Shown here: piece after piece, positions 53,300 through 64,000 of the stretch | How positions within the stretch are numbered: the stretch's first letter is position 1 | Layout of the letters: each line of letters starts with the position of its first letter | From: Octopus vulgaris | Lineage: Eukaryota | DNA: 64,000 nt | Assembly (NCBI GenBank): GCA_951406725.2 | Contig: OX597815.1 | Coordinates: 171,492,001-171,556,000, forward strand | Direction: 5' to 3' | Position numbers and translations under genes: made by a program | Notes under the pieces: model-generated | The model's input: the letters and a program-made list of their open reading frames with translations, nothing else | The model's database searches: none | What the model was told of the DNA's origin: nothing

Positions 53300-54374
53300 T
53301 ATATAAAACCTAAAACGAAAAATTTAGTTGTCACTAATTGTGTGAGAGATTCTTTGCCCAGTCTGTGTATAGGCATATTTTGCTTTACGAGTTCAATAAA
53401 GGCAACAACGCAACGGAAAGTACGAGGAATATTAATGCAGTATATGGGGATCGGACAGTAAGCGTAAGCCAGTGTCAACGGCGGTTCCAGAAATTCCAGC
53501 CTAGAAGACAAGCCTCGTCCTGGAAGATCTGTACAGTTCGACGAGTAACTAGCAGAGAAGCTTAGATTTGATCATTTAACCATTCTTTGACACCTGTGTG
53601 CCATCGGAAAAGTCAGCAATTTTGGTCAATGGGTCCCTCACAAACTTTACAAGTCTAATGGCGCGCAGGAGGTGAATGTGTGCTCTTTTCAGCTATCACA
53701 TCTCACGAATGAACCATTTTGGTCCGAATAGTGACTGGTGACGAGAAATGGGTTCTCTATAAAAATGTCAAGCGCCAAAGACAGCAGGTAGGGAAAGGAG
53801 TAACACCGGCACCCCAGGCTAAAGAAGGTTTTCACCCACGTAAGGTGTTGTTATCTGTTTGGTGGGATATGAAGGCTATAGTCCACTTTGAACTTTTAAA
53901 CCCAACCAAACGATAACAAAGATCTACTGCGAACAGCCTGAGTGGATTGAGTCATCGCTAGAAGAAAAACGACCATCTTTGGTTTCAAGATAAAAGGATA
54001 ATGCTCATCCACATACAGCAAAGATAACATTCCAAAGCCTGGAGCAGTCGGAATGGGAAACGACACCCCACCCACCGTTTTTACTCGCCGGACACTGCCC
54101 CATCTGATTATCATTTTTCCCGCAGTCTTCAAAATCATTTGGACGGAAAAAATATCAATGCTGTAGACAAGATCAGAGCAGTGCTGGAGGAGTATTTTTC
54201 GTCACGGACAAGTGAATTTGGGAAGAGGGGCCTTGCAAATCTACCAAATAGATGGAAGAGTATTGTAGGGAATGAAGGAGAGTATATTTTAGATTAGAAA
54301 AGAACTTTGTTTATCTTAATTTCGAAAAATAAGAGAACTATTAAAAAAACCGCATTATTTGTGGGATGACCCAA
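53300..54374 (+). pseudogene. Mariner (D,D34D-type) transposase pseudogene with 3' TIR
   Basis: RHILLYEFNKG..VYG..CQRRFQKF; WVPHKL; IVTGDEKWVLY; HPRKVLLSVWWD; DNA; APSDYH..RSLQNHLDGK..LPNRWKSIVGNEGEYILD* (stop 54297); TIR cgcattatttgtgggatgacccaa followed by TA. Confidence 0.92.
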
Positions 54375-54972
54375 TACTATCAGGTTTATTTTTTTTATAA
54401 GCTGTAACGATTGCGGAAATGATGGCTTGTAGGGATTCGGTAGTGTGAACATAGTCATCAGTAAACCGGAACATAATCATCACTAAACTGCCGTTAAGTG
54501 GTCTGTTCAGATCTGAGCTTGATGGTAACCTACATATTTCTCATACTGAAAAAATTACTTGTACACACACAGACGCACGTACACACACTCAAATTCGCAC
54601 ACATGTATACATACACACACACACATATATAATATACATGTGTGTGTATGGTATTATTATACATAGAATTAATATTTGTCTTGCGTTTCTGTAGAGATAA
54701 GAGATTAAGATAAATATTTCCTTCGCTAAATTAAACTAAGCACTGCAAGACAAAATTCATCAATTCCACAGTGCTACCGCTTTTTACAACAGTAAATTAT
54801 ATCATCCATGGCCCTTGATCAGAAATAGACGGACTTGATTGTGTTTACAAGTTTTGAAAATAATATTCTGTCAACTCGGCCAGAGGCTAATCTCCAAATG
54901 GCTCCTATCTTTTCACTGGAACTGCACACGTTACATAATAGAAATATCCGTAGATAATATTTGTCTTAACCA

Positions 54973-55165
54973 AGGCGGTGAGCTGGGAGAATCGTTGGCA
55001 TACTGGGCAAAATGCTTAGCGGCATTTCGTCTGTCTTTATGTTCTGAGTTCAAATACCACCGAGGTCGACTTTGCCTTTCATCCTTTCGGGATCGATAAA
55101 TAAGTGCCAGTTGAACACTGGTGTCGATGAGTTCGACTTACCCACTTCCCCGAAATTGCTAGCTG
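54973..55165 (+). mobile_element. SINE family A, diverged
   Basis: TSD tatttgtcttaacca / tatttatcttaacca. Confidence 0.85.
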
Positions 55166-55764
55166 TATTTATCTTAACCATTTACAAGAATTACCGATGT
55201 CACAGCTGATACTTTATCGAAATTTCTGCCAATTGTTTCAATAAGCCTTCGCTCAAAGGTTATATTTCAAGCATTTTAAGTACAAGTGATCAACAAATAA
55301 TCGGAAGTAAGAACTTTAAAACTCAAGGAAAATTCTAAGCTAGCTGCGATCCTGTTTCGGTTTGGATTCACAGTAGAAACAAAATTATTTCACTTGCGCC
55401 CGCTCATGTTCTTGAAAAATACGTCAATGAGAGTAGTCTTAGATGTTTGTATACCTTATAAATATTGAGAGAGTGAGAGGGAGTGAGAGAGGGAGAGAGA
55501 GAAGAGTGAGAGAGAGGAGGAGAGGGAGAGAGAAGGAGAGTGAAAGAGAGAGAAAAAGAGTGAGAGAGAGGAGAGAGAGGTAGACGAAACATACAGGTAC
55601 ATATGTGAGTAGTTTGGTGGTAAGGAAGCGATCGACAAAGAGGAAAATGTGTCATGTGGACAGAGAGTTCATTTTCTTCCTAATCTACTTACTGGACGGA
55701 AGTTAACAGGTGACGTGTACAGTAGGAAATAATGGCATATTTTCTAGAATACTATTCCTTTCTA

Positions 55765-56100
55765 TTTTAGGCACAAGGCCCGAAATTTTAGGGGAGGGAA
55801 CAAGTCGATTATATCGACCCCAGTACGTAACTGGTACTTAATTTATCTACCAATATGGTTGTCAAGTGGTGGTGGAGGCACAAACACAGACACGCACGCA
55901 CGCACACACATACACACACACATACACGCATACACACACATACGACGGGCTTCTTTCAGTTCCCGTCTACCAAATCTCCTCACAAGGCTTTGGTCGGTTC
56001 GAGACGATTGTCAGAATACACTCACCCAAGATACCAAGCAGTGGGATTGAACCCGGAACCATGTGGTTATGAAGCAAGCATTTTCGCACACAGCTACACA
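55765..56100 (-). mobile_element. Juxtaposed SINE A tail (55765-55850) and SINE B 5' half (55856-56100)
   Basis: Homology to both families in the same orientation. Confidence 0.75.
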
Positions 56101-56751
56101 CTTTGAACTTGTAATAGTTACTTTGAAAATTTATGCTTGGTTTATTACTGTCTTTTTTCCTTCCTAAACTATTAAGGTATCTATATTAACATTAGGGTTT
56201 TTTAGCTTGGTTTATTATGACTGTTGTTTTTATCGTTACTATTGTTGCTGGCCACTGTTTAGCTCCCTATCATCAATGACTGAATAGTCCTATGATCAAA
56301 GAAGTTCCACCGAAGTCCATCCAATCAGTCACACACGAGTACTGTGTTTCTAGAACTACATCATCCAACGTGTCCCTCACCTTTTAAGATGGTAAGATAT
56401 TTGAAGTAATTTTGATTGTTATTTCCAGCAGGTGGAGCAACCACATAGAGGTTCTCTTATTGGCTTGTAAATGAATCTTTATTTTTCAGAGAAGAAATAT
56501 GTGAATTTGTAACATATAGTACCTTCCCCGGGGGCATTAGTGATGTCTGTAAAGTAAATTTAGCTTCAAGTGAGAAGTGAAACCACTCGTCTCACTAGGA
56601 GCTTACCTCTAAGCTACAACGCGTTAAAAATTTCAGTTGGTTTGAGAAATCCTATGGTTTCGTACAGTGCAGAACACCTTTCCGAACGCTATTCCATAGC
56701 TTGTGTAATGTAAATTGTTACTCTATACAAGAAGTTGACTATCCTTGTATA

Positions 56752-57168
56752 TACTCTTTTACTTGTTTCAGTCATTTGACTGTGGCCATGCTGGAGTACC
56801 GCCTTTAGTCGAGGAAATCGACCCCAGGACTTATTCTTTGTAAGCCTAATACTTATTCTATCGGTTCCCCTTTGCCGAACCGCTAAGTTACGGAGACGTA
56901 AACACACCAGCATCGGTTGTCAAGCAATGTTGGGGGGGACAAACACAGACACACAAACTTATACACACACATACATACATATATATATATATATATACAT
57001 ACATACGACGGGCTTCTTTCAGTTTCCGTCTACCAAATCTACCCACAATACTTTGGTCGGCCCGAGGCTATAGTAGAAGACACTCGCCCAAGGTGCCACG
57101 CAGTGGGACTGAAACCGGAACCATGTGGTTCGTAAGCAAGCTACTTACTACACAGCCACTCCTACGCC
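56752..57168 (-). mobile_element. SINE family B, full length
   Basis: Complete head, body and tail. Confidence 0.92.
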
Positions 57169-57814
57169 TATGTTGAGTTTTTGAGAATATATGTTTTCTA
57201 AAAAGATAAAACAATGAAATGTGATCTAAATTAATAAAATCTCTTATAGAGAATATATAAACTGTAATCTGCATGCAAAGAATACTTTGATTTTGCATAC
57301 GATATTCGAAGAGACGCCTTTTCCCCCCCTTCATCTATAGAAGAATAGATATATAGTTTGTTTTGCTTTAAAATAACTTAGATGCAATAACTCAGAGAGA
57401 ACATGTGGGTCTGGTTGCGCTTAAGATCAGTGTACGTCTCATTCAGCAAAAACATGGCTAAGTGTGCTTTCATTAGAACAAGGCTAATTATGCCTTCTTG
57501 TATCGTATTAATTTCTATATTCTGTATTGCATTTCGGGATTTTTTTTCCAGCTTGTTTTGTAACTCATCTTTAGCTAGAATTACCTATAAAAACTGAGCA
57601 ATTTAAGAGTTATTTAGGGGTACTAAAAATATACACTAGTTGCCTGATATCGGGTATCACTATATATATATATGTAGTAAGAACTTCTGTTTGTGTTTCA
57701 AAATAGTTATGGTTCATGAATCAAATGGTCTTGATCCGGAGATACTTAAATCGTTCCAATATAAAATATTTAAACCATTCAAGTAAAAATCCATTGTGTA
57801 CTATGATACATTAT

Positions 57815-58122
57815 CACCGTCACCGTGACCGACCAGGCTATCAGATGTTGCTACACATCGCTGGTCACAATGCGCTTCGCATTGTTTTTTAGCCTTCAAA
57901 TTACGCACCCTGCTGGCTAAGCGAGCAAGCCAACAGAAGAAAGAGTGAGAGAAAGTTGTGGCGAAAGAGTACAGCAGTGATTGCCACCACCCCTGTCGGA
58001 GCCTCGTGGAGCTTTAGGTGTTTTCGCTCAATAAACAGTCACAATGCCCGGTCTGGGAATCGAAACCGCGATTCTACAACCGCGAGTCCGCTGCCTTAAC
58101 CACTGGGCCATTGCGCCTCCAC
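57815..58122 (-). mobile_element. SINE group C, head H1 plus tail T1
   Basis: 12-bp TSD atgatacattat. Confidence 0.92.
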
Positions 58123-58423
58123 ATGATACATTATATGGGTTGTAATGACGAGAAAGTTGTAGTTATGAACTCGGTTATCGAGTATAATGTTTAAATTCAA
58201 AACAAACGTTTTTACACTTGCTTTGAATTCAAACTATTTAAAACATAAGAGCTAGTGTTTGCCAGGAAGTCTCCAAACCATTATTGGAGTTTTCATACGC
58301 TAGTGCCACTTTGGCATAATTTTAACTCTACAGGCAACACAACATAAAATAGTGAGATAACTCGGACCATTGGGGGTTTTTTTTTTGGGGGGTCTTTTTT
58401 TATTGTTCTTTGATAGAGATACA

Positions 58424-59034
58424 CAGGATGTCTCAAAAGTCACTGATGGGTTTCAATTTTTAATAACTTCCTTAACTTTACAAATAAATGCATGGAATTT
58501 TGATACAATATAAAGGACACAATGGAAATTAATATGCACAAGTCAAATTTTGCAACGCCACTACATCACATATGAAAAATGACATCGCTTAAATGTCTGC
58601 TATTTAAACGAACTCATTTTTCATATGTGATGTAGTGATGTTGCAATATTTGACTTGTGCATATTAATTTCCTTATTGCCCACAAGGGGCTCAACATAGA
58701 GGGGACAAACAAGGACAGACAAACGGATTAAGTCGATTACATCGACCCCAGTGCGTAACTGGTACTTAATTTATCGACCCCGAATGGATGAAAGGCAAAG
58801 TCGACCTCGGCGGAATATGAACTCAGAACGTAACGGCAGACGAAATACTGCTAAGTATTTCGCCCGGCGTGCTAACGATTCTGCCAGCTTACCGCCTTAA
58901 TTTCCATTATGTATTAATACCGTATTAATATCCATTATGTCCTTTATAATTGTATCAAAATTTCATGTATTTATTTGTAAGGTTAAGGAAGTTATTAAAA
59001 ATTGAAACCTATCAGTGACTTTGGAGACACTCAG
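58424..59034. mobile_element. Fully palindromic Tc1/mariner-type MITE interrupted by SINE A
   Basis: caggatgtctcaaaagtcactgat.. / ..atcagtgactttggagacactcag followed by TA; arms pair to a centre near 58597. Confidence 0.85.
58673..58896 (-). mobile_element. SINE family A nested in the MITE
   Basis: 9-bp TSD ttaatttcc (58664-58672 / 58897-58905). Confidence 0.92.
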
Positions 59035-59860
59035 TATATTTATATTCTAACTCAGGTATAGGTAGCCTTTTTCGAGAAGAGAGCCGCATGTGACATGGAT
59101 GATCATCAGTACTAAAAAGAAAAACAGAAAATCAAGGTAATTTTTCGTTGGTGTGTCATACAGAGACTCGCAGATCACAGTTTGGCTATAAGTGTCAACT
59201 AATGGTCTTACCGTTACTGAGACTAATTTATGAAACGATACATGTAAAAACTGATCGGTGATAGAAGAGTGATGTCGTTACTTGCTTTTAGACAACTATT
59301 TTGGGGCTAAAATATACTGCTATATACTTTTATTAACAGTAATTCATCGCTCGGTTTAACAGCGCCGCCTAAATTTTGGTTGTTATTTGCGGTATCTACC
59401 TTGCAGCACACAATCGGGCCGAGTTCCCGATCAAAAGATAATTTCCTTCCAATCGTCTCGAAGATTATGAAGAGTCTTGATTCTTACTTTTTGACAATAG
59501 CATTTAAAAATTAACACATAAACGTGAAAAGAAATCGTACTACATCATTAGCTTCATGGTCAATCTGATAGGTTCTTTTTCTCTTACTTGATGTATAATA
59601 TTTCTTTTACTTTATTGTAATAACTGATTTTTATCAAACTTTGCCCTACCGTGCAACGTAAGCAAAGTTCTTTATAAATTACTAATCCTTTCTACTATAG
59701 GCACAGGGCCTGAAATTTGGGTGCCGAGCGGGAAATTAGTTGATTACCTCGACCTCCACTGCTCAACTAGTACTTCTTTTATCGGCCCCGAAAGGCTCAA
59801 AGACAGAGTTGACCTCAATATAAAGAACCGGGAGAAATGCTGGTCAACATTTTGTCCGAC

Positions 59861-60267
59861 ACTCTTTACTCTTTTACTTGTTTCAGTCATTTGACTGCGG
59901 CCATGCTGGAGCACCGCCTTTAGTCGAGCAAATCGACCCCAGGACTTATTCTTCGCAAGGCTAGTACTTATTCTATCGGTCTCTTTTGCCGAACCGCTAA
60001 GTTACAGGTACGTAAACACACCAGCATCAGTTGTCAAGCGATGTTGGGGGGACAAACACAGACACACAATCACACACACAAATATATATATATATATATA
60101 TATACGACGGGCTTCTTTCAGTTTCCGTCTACTAAATCCACTCACAAGGGTTTGGTCGGCCCGAGGCTATAGTAGCAGACATTTGCTCAAGGTGTCACAC
60201 AGTGGGACTGAACCCGGAACCATGTGGTTGGTAAGCGAGCTACTTACCACACAGCCATTCCTGTGCC
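59861..60267 (-). mobile_element. SINE family B, full length, inserted into an old SINE A (59690-59860)
   Basis: Complete copy; flanks resemble SINE A remnants. Confidence 0.9.
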
Positions 60268-62074
60268 TAATAATTATTATACCAGCTCGCAGCCTCATAT
60301 GGAATATTGATTAATTATAGACATTATTTTAATTTCTTATAATTAATAAAAAGTTGAAGTATAAATGTAATGGCTAAATTCATATGTATTAAAGTAATAA
60401 TGCGCTTTAGACTCATGTTCAAGAATTTTATTGCATCTAAATTCTATGGTTTCAATTTTCTTAGATGCCTAAAATGAACACCAAGTCTTAAGGGATTAAT
60501 AACTGACATCTACGAAAGACGTGTTACCCAGAATGATTAGCTCTAGCCTGTTTTTCCATCGGCATTAAAATTCTTCGAATTTTATATTGGGTCAACAAGA
60601 GTCTCTAGAGATAAATTATTTTCATTTTCACTTGGTTTTAAAGTTATATTTTCGATAAAGTGTATACTTAAAAGATATTAATCATCGTCGAATTTGAAAT
60701 TTGATTTATCTGGCCTTTGTAATATATGAAAATAGAAATAGTTTTGTAAGATCTACTTTTAAAGGTATTTCACTCAAGAAACAAACAAGTATTGAAGGTA
60801 TGCTTTAAATAAAGTAACATACGATTCTTCTTTCGTGATACGGCTACTATCTACATAATTAACCGTAAGCAAATGCCTACTCTGTTAGTTTGTTTGTTTT
60901 CTTTTTTAATTGCTATATTTTATTTTCTGGCTCAAATTTGCTAATCTCAGAATAATTACCATGTAGACAGTTTTCAGTCGAAAGCGGCACTAAACATCTA
61001 AGTTTGTTCTAATTAAGGAACATTAAAAAAATATCAAGTCATCTTAAGTTTTCATTAAAACAACTGCATAATTGGCAACGTTTGAGTGGAAAGTATAATC
61101 GGTTCTTGATTCTAAATTAATGTATTTAAATGTTTAATTAATGTTTAACATACATTCAAGTATTTAATTCAGCAAATAAAGAATGCCTTCTGTGACGATT
61201 CTTTCAGTGGTTGAGTATAAAATCATTTTTCATTAATGTATATATATTTTTTATTCATAAGAATTATGAGTTAGCGAAGAAAAAGTACAGCGCCGAACTA
61301 AATGCATTGCAATATATAGTTTGACCCTGAGCAGCGTTGTATAAAGCAAGGAGTAAGCTATTGTTAAGCTGAAACTGCGATGTGGTTTCAAACTATAAAG
61401 TTATTTCATTTGTGTTTTGTAATGCAATTAGAAAAGGCATTATAATGTTACATCTTCCATTTTCTCGCATCCATGAAATACAGAACCTCACTCTATTCAA
61501 CACTCAGCTGGTACTGGTTTGCAATTAAAATAAAACGAAATAAAATACCATGCCCAAGGTCATAAAACTGCACTCTGTCTAGGTAGCGAACTCACGATCG
61601 TGCGCTCAGTATCCTAAATATGTCACGTGTATTGCATTTAGTTTAGATAAAACAGTTAGTGTCAATATTTTACTGATACTGAGTATTTTCAAATAAGAGT
61701 ATACTGTTTATCAGGCCTCCTTTGTATTAAAGGAATACAGCCGATTAAATCGAAAAAATATATTGATGGTATATATTTTATAGTCCCGGGATAGAAGGAA
61801 AGCAATTCAAGTAGAGTATGAACAGAGAGGTATAACTAAGTTATTTTATGGCATTTAACCCACTCAACGGCTGTTTTTGTCAACTCATTGCTCTTATTTT
61901 GAGTTTATAACATAGATTGCTTTCCAAATGCACAATAATATATTAAAACATAAAGAAAACTTTTGAATTCAGCTGCATAACCCTAAATATATTTTTGCAC
62001 TTGTATATCAAAACACATTGTGTGGTGCAGTACAGATGATTCAATCAATAGCTTGGACAATTAAAGGTTTCAGG

Positions 62075-62350
62075 GTGTAAGTATGGCAAATGCATAGTTC
62101 TACGTCCGATCCCAATGCATGGTGGCTTAGATAAGTGTCTTCTACCATAGGCCGATCAAACAATGTCTTGTGGCTAAACTTTGTAGCTAAACTTTTTCAT
62201 TCGCAAAATATGTAAAGAGACCGATAGAATAAGTACTGGGCTTACAAAGAATAAGTCCCGGGGTCGATTTGCTCGACTAAAGGCGGTGCTCCAGCATGGC
62301 CGCAGTCAAATGACTGAAACAAGTAAAAAGAGTAAAAGAGAGAGAAGTAA
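62075..62350 (+). mobile_element. SINE family B: diverged head fragment plus well-preserved tail (62215-62350)
   Basis: agagaccgatagaataagtac...gactgaaacaagtaaaaagag. Confidence 0.8.
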
Positions 62351-63367
62351 AAAATCTGAAAATTGGCTACAATAAAGTAGTTGTCCAGTCTCAATACTAT
62401 GAGGAGATGATGTTGTGGAGATAAAAAAAAATGGAGGAAAGAATTACAGAGGTTTAAAGATCGGAAACCTCTGTAGTTTTAGCCAATAGCGAGACAGAAA
62501 TTTTCTGCGGTTAGTGGAGCGGTGTCGACTTTCAGGTTGTATCCTGTGAAATTTATAGTTTAACGCTTGTGACATGACCCGTTTATTGTAGGTTTCTAAA
62601 TAAACAGAAATACCCAATAAAATCAACATGTATCATCTTACTGTTTCTTCCGTCTTTTCATTGATTGTATGTTTTTATTTTCTAAATTTGTTATATAAAT
62701 ATATTTGTCTGCATGTGTTTAATTAATGCGTATTTCAGTATTATGTATACCTGTCATGTTTTTGTGTGCATCATTAATATATAAGTGCATGTGGATGCAT
62801 GTATTCATACATGTTTATATCTACATTTATGCATTCGTGTGTGTATGTGTGTGTACGTCTGTCTCCAAAACTCCAAAGTTGAGTATCGTTTTCATGCTTG
62901 GATTTGTAAACTACGATAAGAATAACACAGGTCAACAAAGTATTTGTCCCAAGGAAAAGAATACCTGTATCTTATACGCTTTTGCATGAAGAATTCAAAA
63001 ATAATGTCCAATATCTGTATCACCCAAAGTTTCTCTGTTCCACTATATCCCTCTCAGTTCCTGTTACGTGGGCTAAATTTCAGTTAAGCTGTTGAAATGT
63101 GAAGCTAACGGTTTAAGAAATACTCCTAATTAAAATTTTTATGAACAGAATTAACCAACTGAAATCATAAATCCAGCTATCTGAGTCAATGAGTCCCAAA
63201 AATATATGAAATGAAAATATATGTAAAAATACTACCGCACAGAAAATATGTAATATACTAACACAGAAAAATTAAAACAAAACACGCGGGTGAAAAGAAT
63301 CTCGTGGTGTGAAGAATCAAGTGGGAAAAATCAACATAGACAACAGCGGCACAAACAACAGCGTGCG

Positions 63368-63381
63368 GTTGTCATGGTAAC
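63368..63381. promoter_or_regulatory. Candidate RFX X-box
   Basis: GTTGTCATGGTAAC closely matches the palindromic GTTGCCATGGCAAC consensus, in non-repetitive sequence. Confidence 0.35.
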
Positions 63382-63834
63382 CAACTGCTAATGCCACGCT
63401 GTCTGTTGATTGACTAAAATTACCGAAATTTCCCATCTTTAATTCCAAATGACATCAGATTCTTTAAAGTAACTGGTTGATCGTAATCAAAATTCAGAGT
63501 TGAAACGATACACCAAAATTGAAAGCATTCTGAGCAAAATTAAAGGGGGCACATCTTGCGAATGAAAAAGACTAGATCCAATTTTGTTAATCGGAAACCG
63601 AACCGGGAGTCCAACTAAGGGTTGTTCCTGTTCTTCGATAGAAGACTTAGACCGTCGCCCGATTAACAGAACCAACTGTCCCTTGGGTGCTTTTAACGGA
63701 GTCTACTCTGTTACAAGCATTCACATAAAGTCCCTGGTTCTGGTTGGGCGAGAGACACTACGGTACACCCACGTTGGCACCATCTATCTGACATGACTAA
63801 TAAGACACTAATTTATTTGACATCAAATGCATTA

Positions 63835-63837
<3 letters not shown>

Positions 63838-63898
<61 letters not shown>
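63838..63898. repeat. (CT)n microsatellite
   Basis: Direct reading. Confidence 0.97.
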
Positions 63899-63901
<3 letters not shown>

Positions 63902-64000
63902 AAAACGTAGTCACCAAAACAAGTCAGCCGTGCCAAATCATCAGCGTCCAAAAAGCCACACCCAATTTTTTTCATCCCATGCCGGTTTGGGGACAAATGT

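Overview
AT-rich, repeat-saturated eukaryotic non-coding DNA, intergenic or deep intronic. The SINE repertoire and microsatellite load strongly suggest a coleoid cephalopod, probably Octopus (inference). No host protein-coding exon can be supported: nearly all ORFs in the track are microsatellite or SINE read-throughs. The window holds about 40 copies or fragments of tRNA-headed SINEs in three groups, one with mix-and-match heads and tails. It also holds decayed LINE fragments (CR1-like, R4/Dong-like, HERO-like), a decayed Penelope-like (PLE) RT, two mariner relics, several MITEs and a non-autonomous Helitron. The most interesting signal is at least 10 hammerhead-ribozyme (HHR) motifs from several short repeat families. 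Most sit in (TA)n tracts, and several lie next to fold-back inversions. One family joins a tRNA-like Pol III head to an (AAT)n linker and an HHR, and is inserted as a head-to-head palindrome bounded by a single 13-bp TSD (39362-39926). All coordinates were read by eye and may be off by a few bases.
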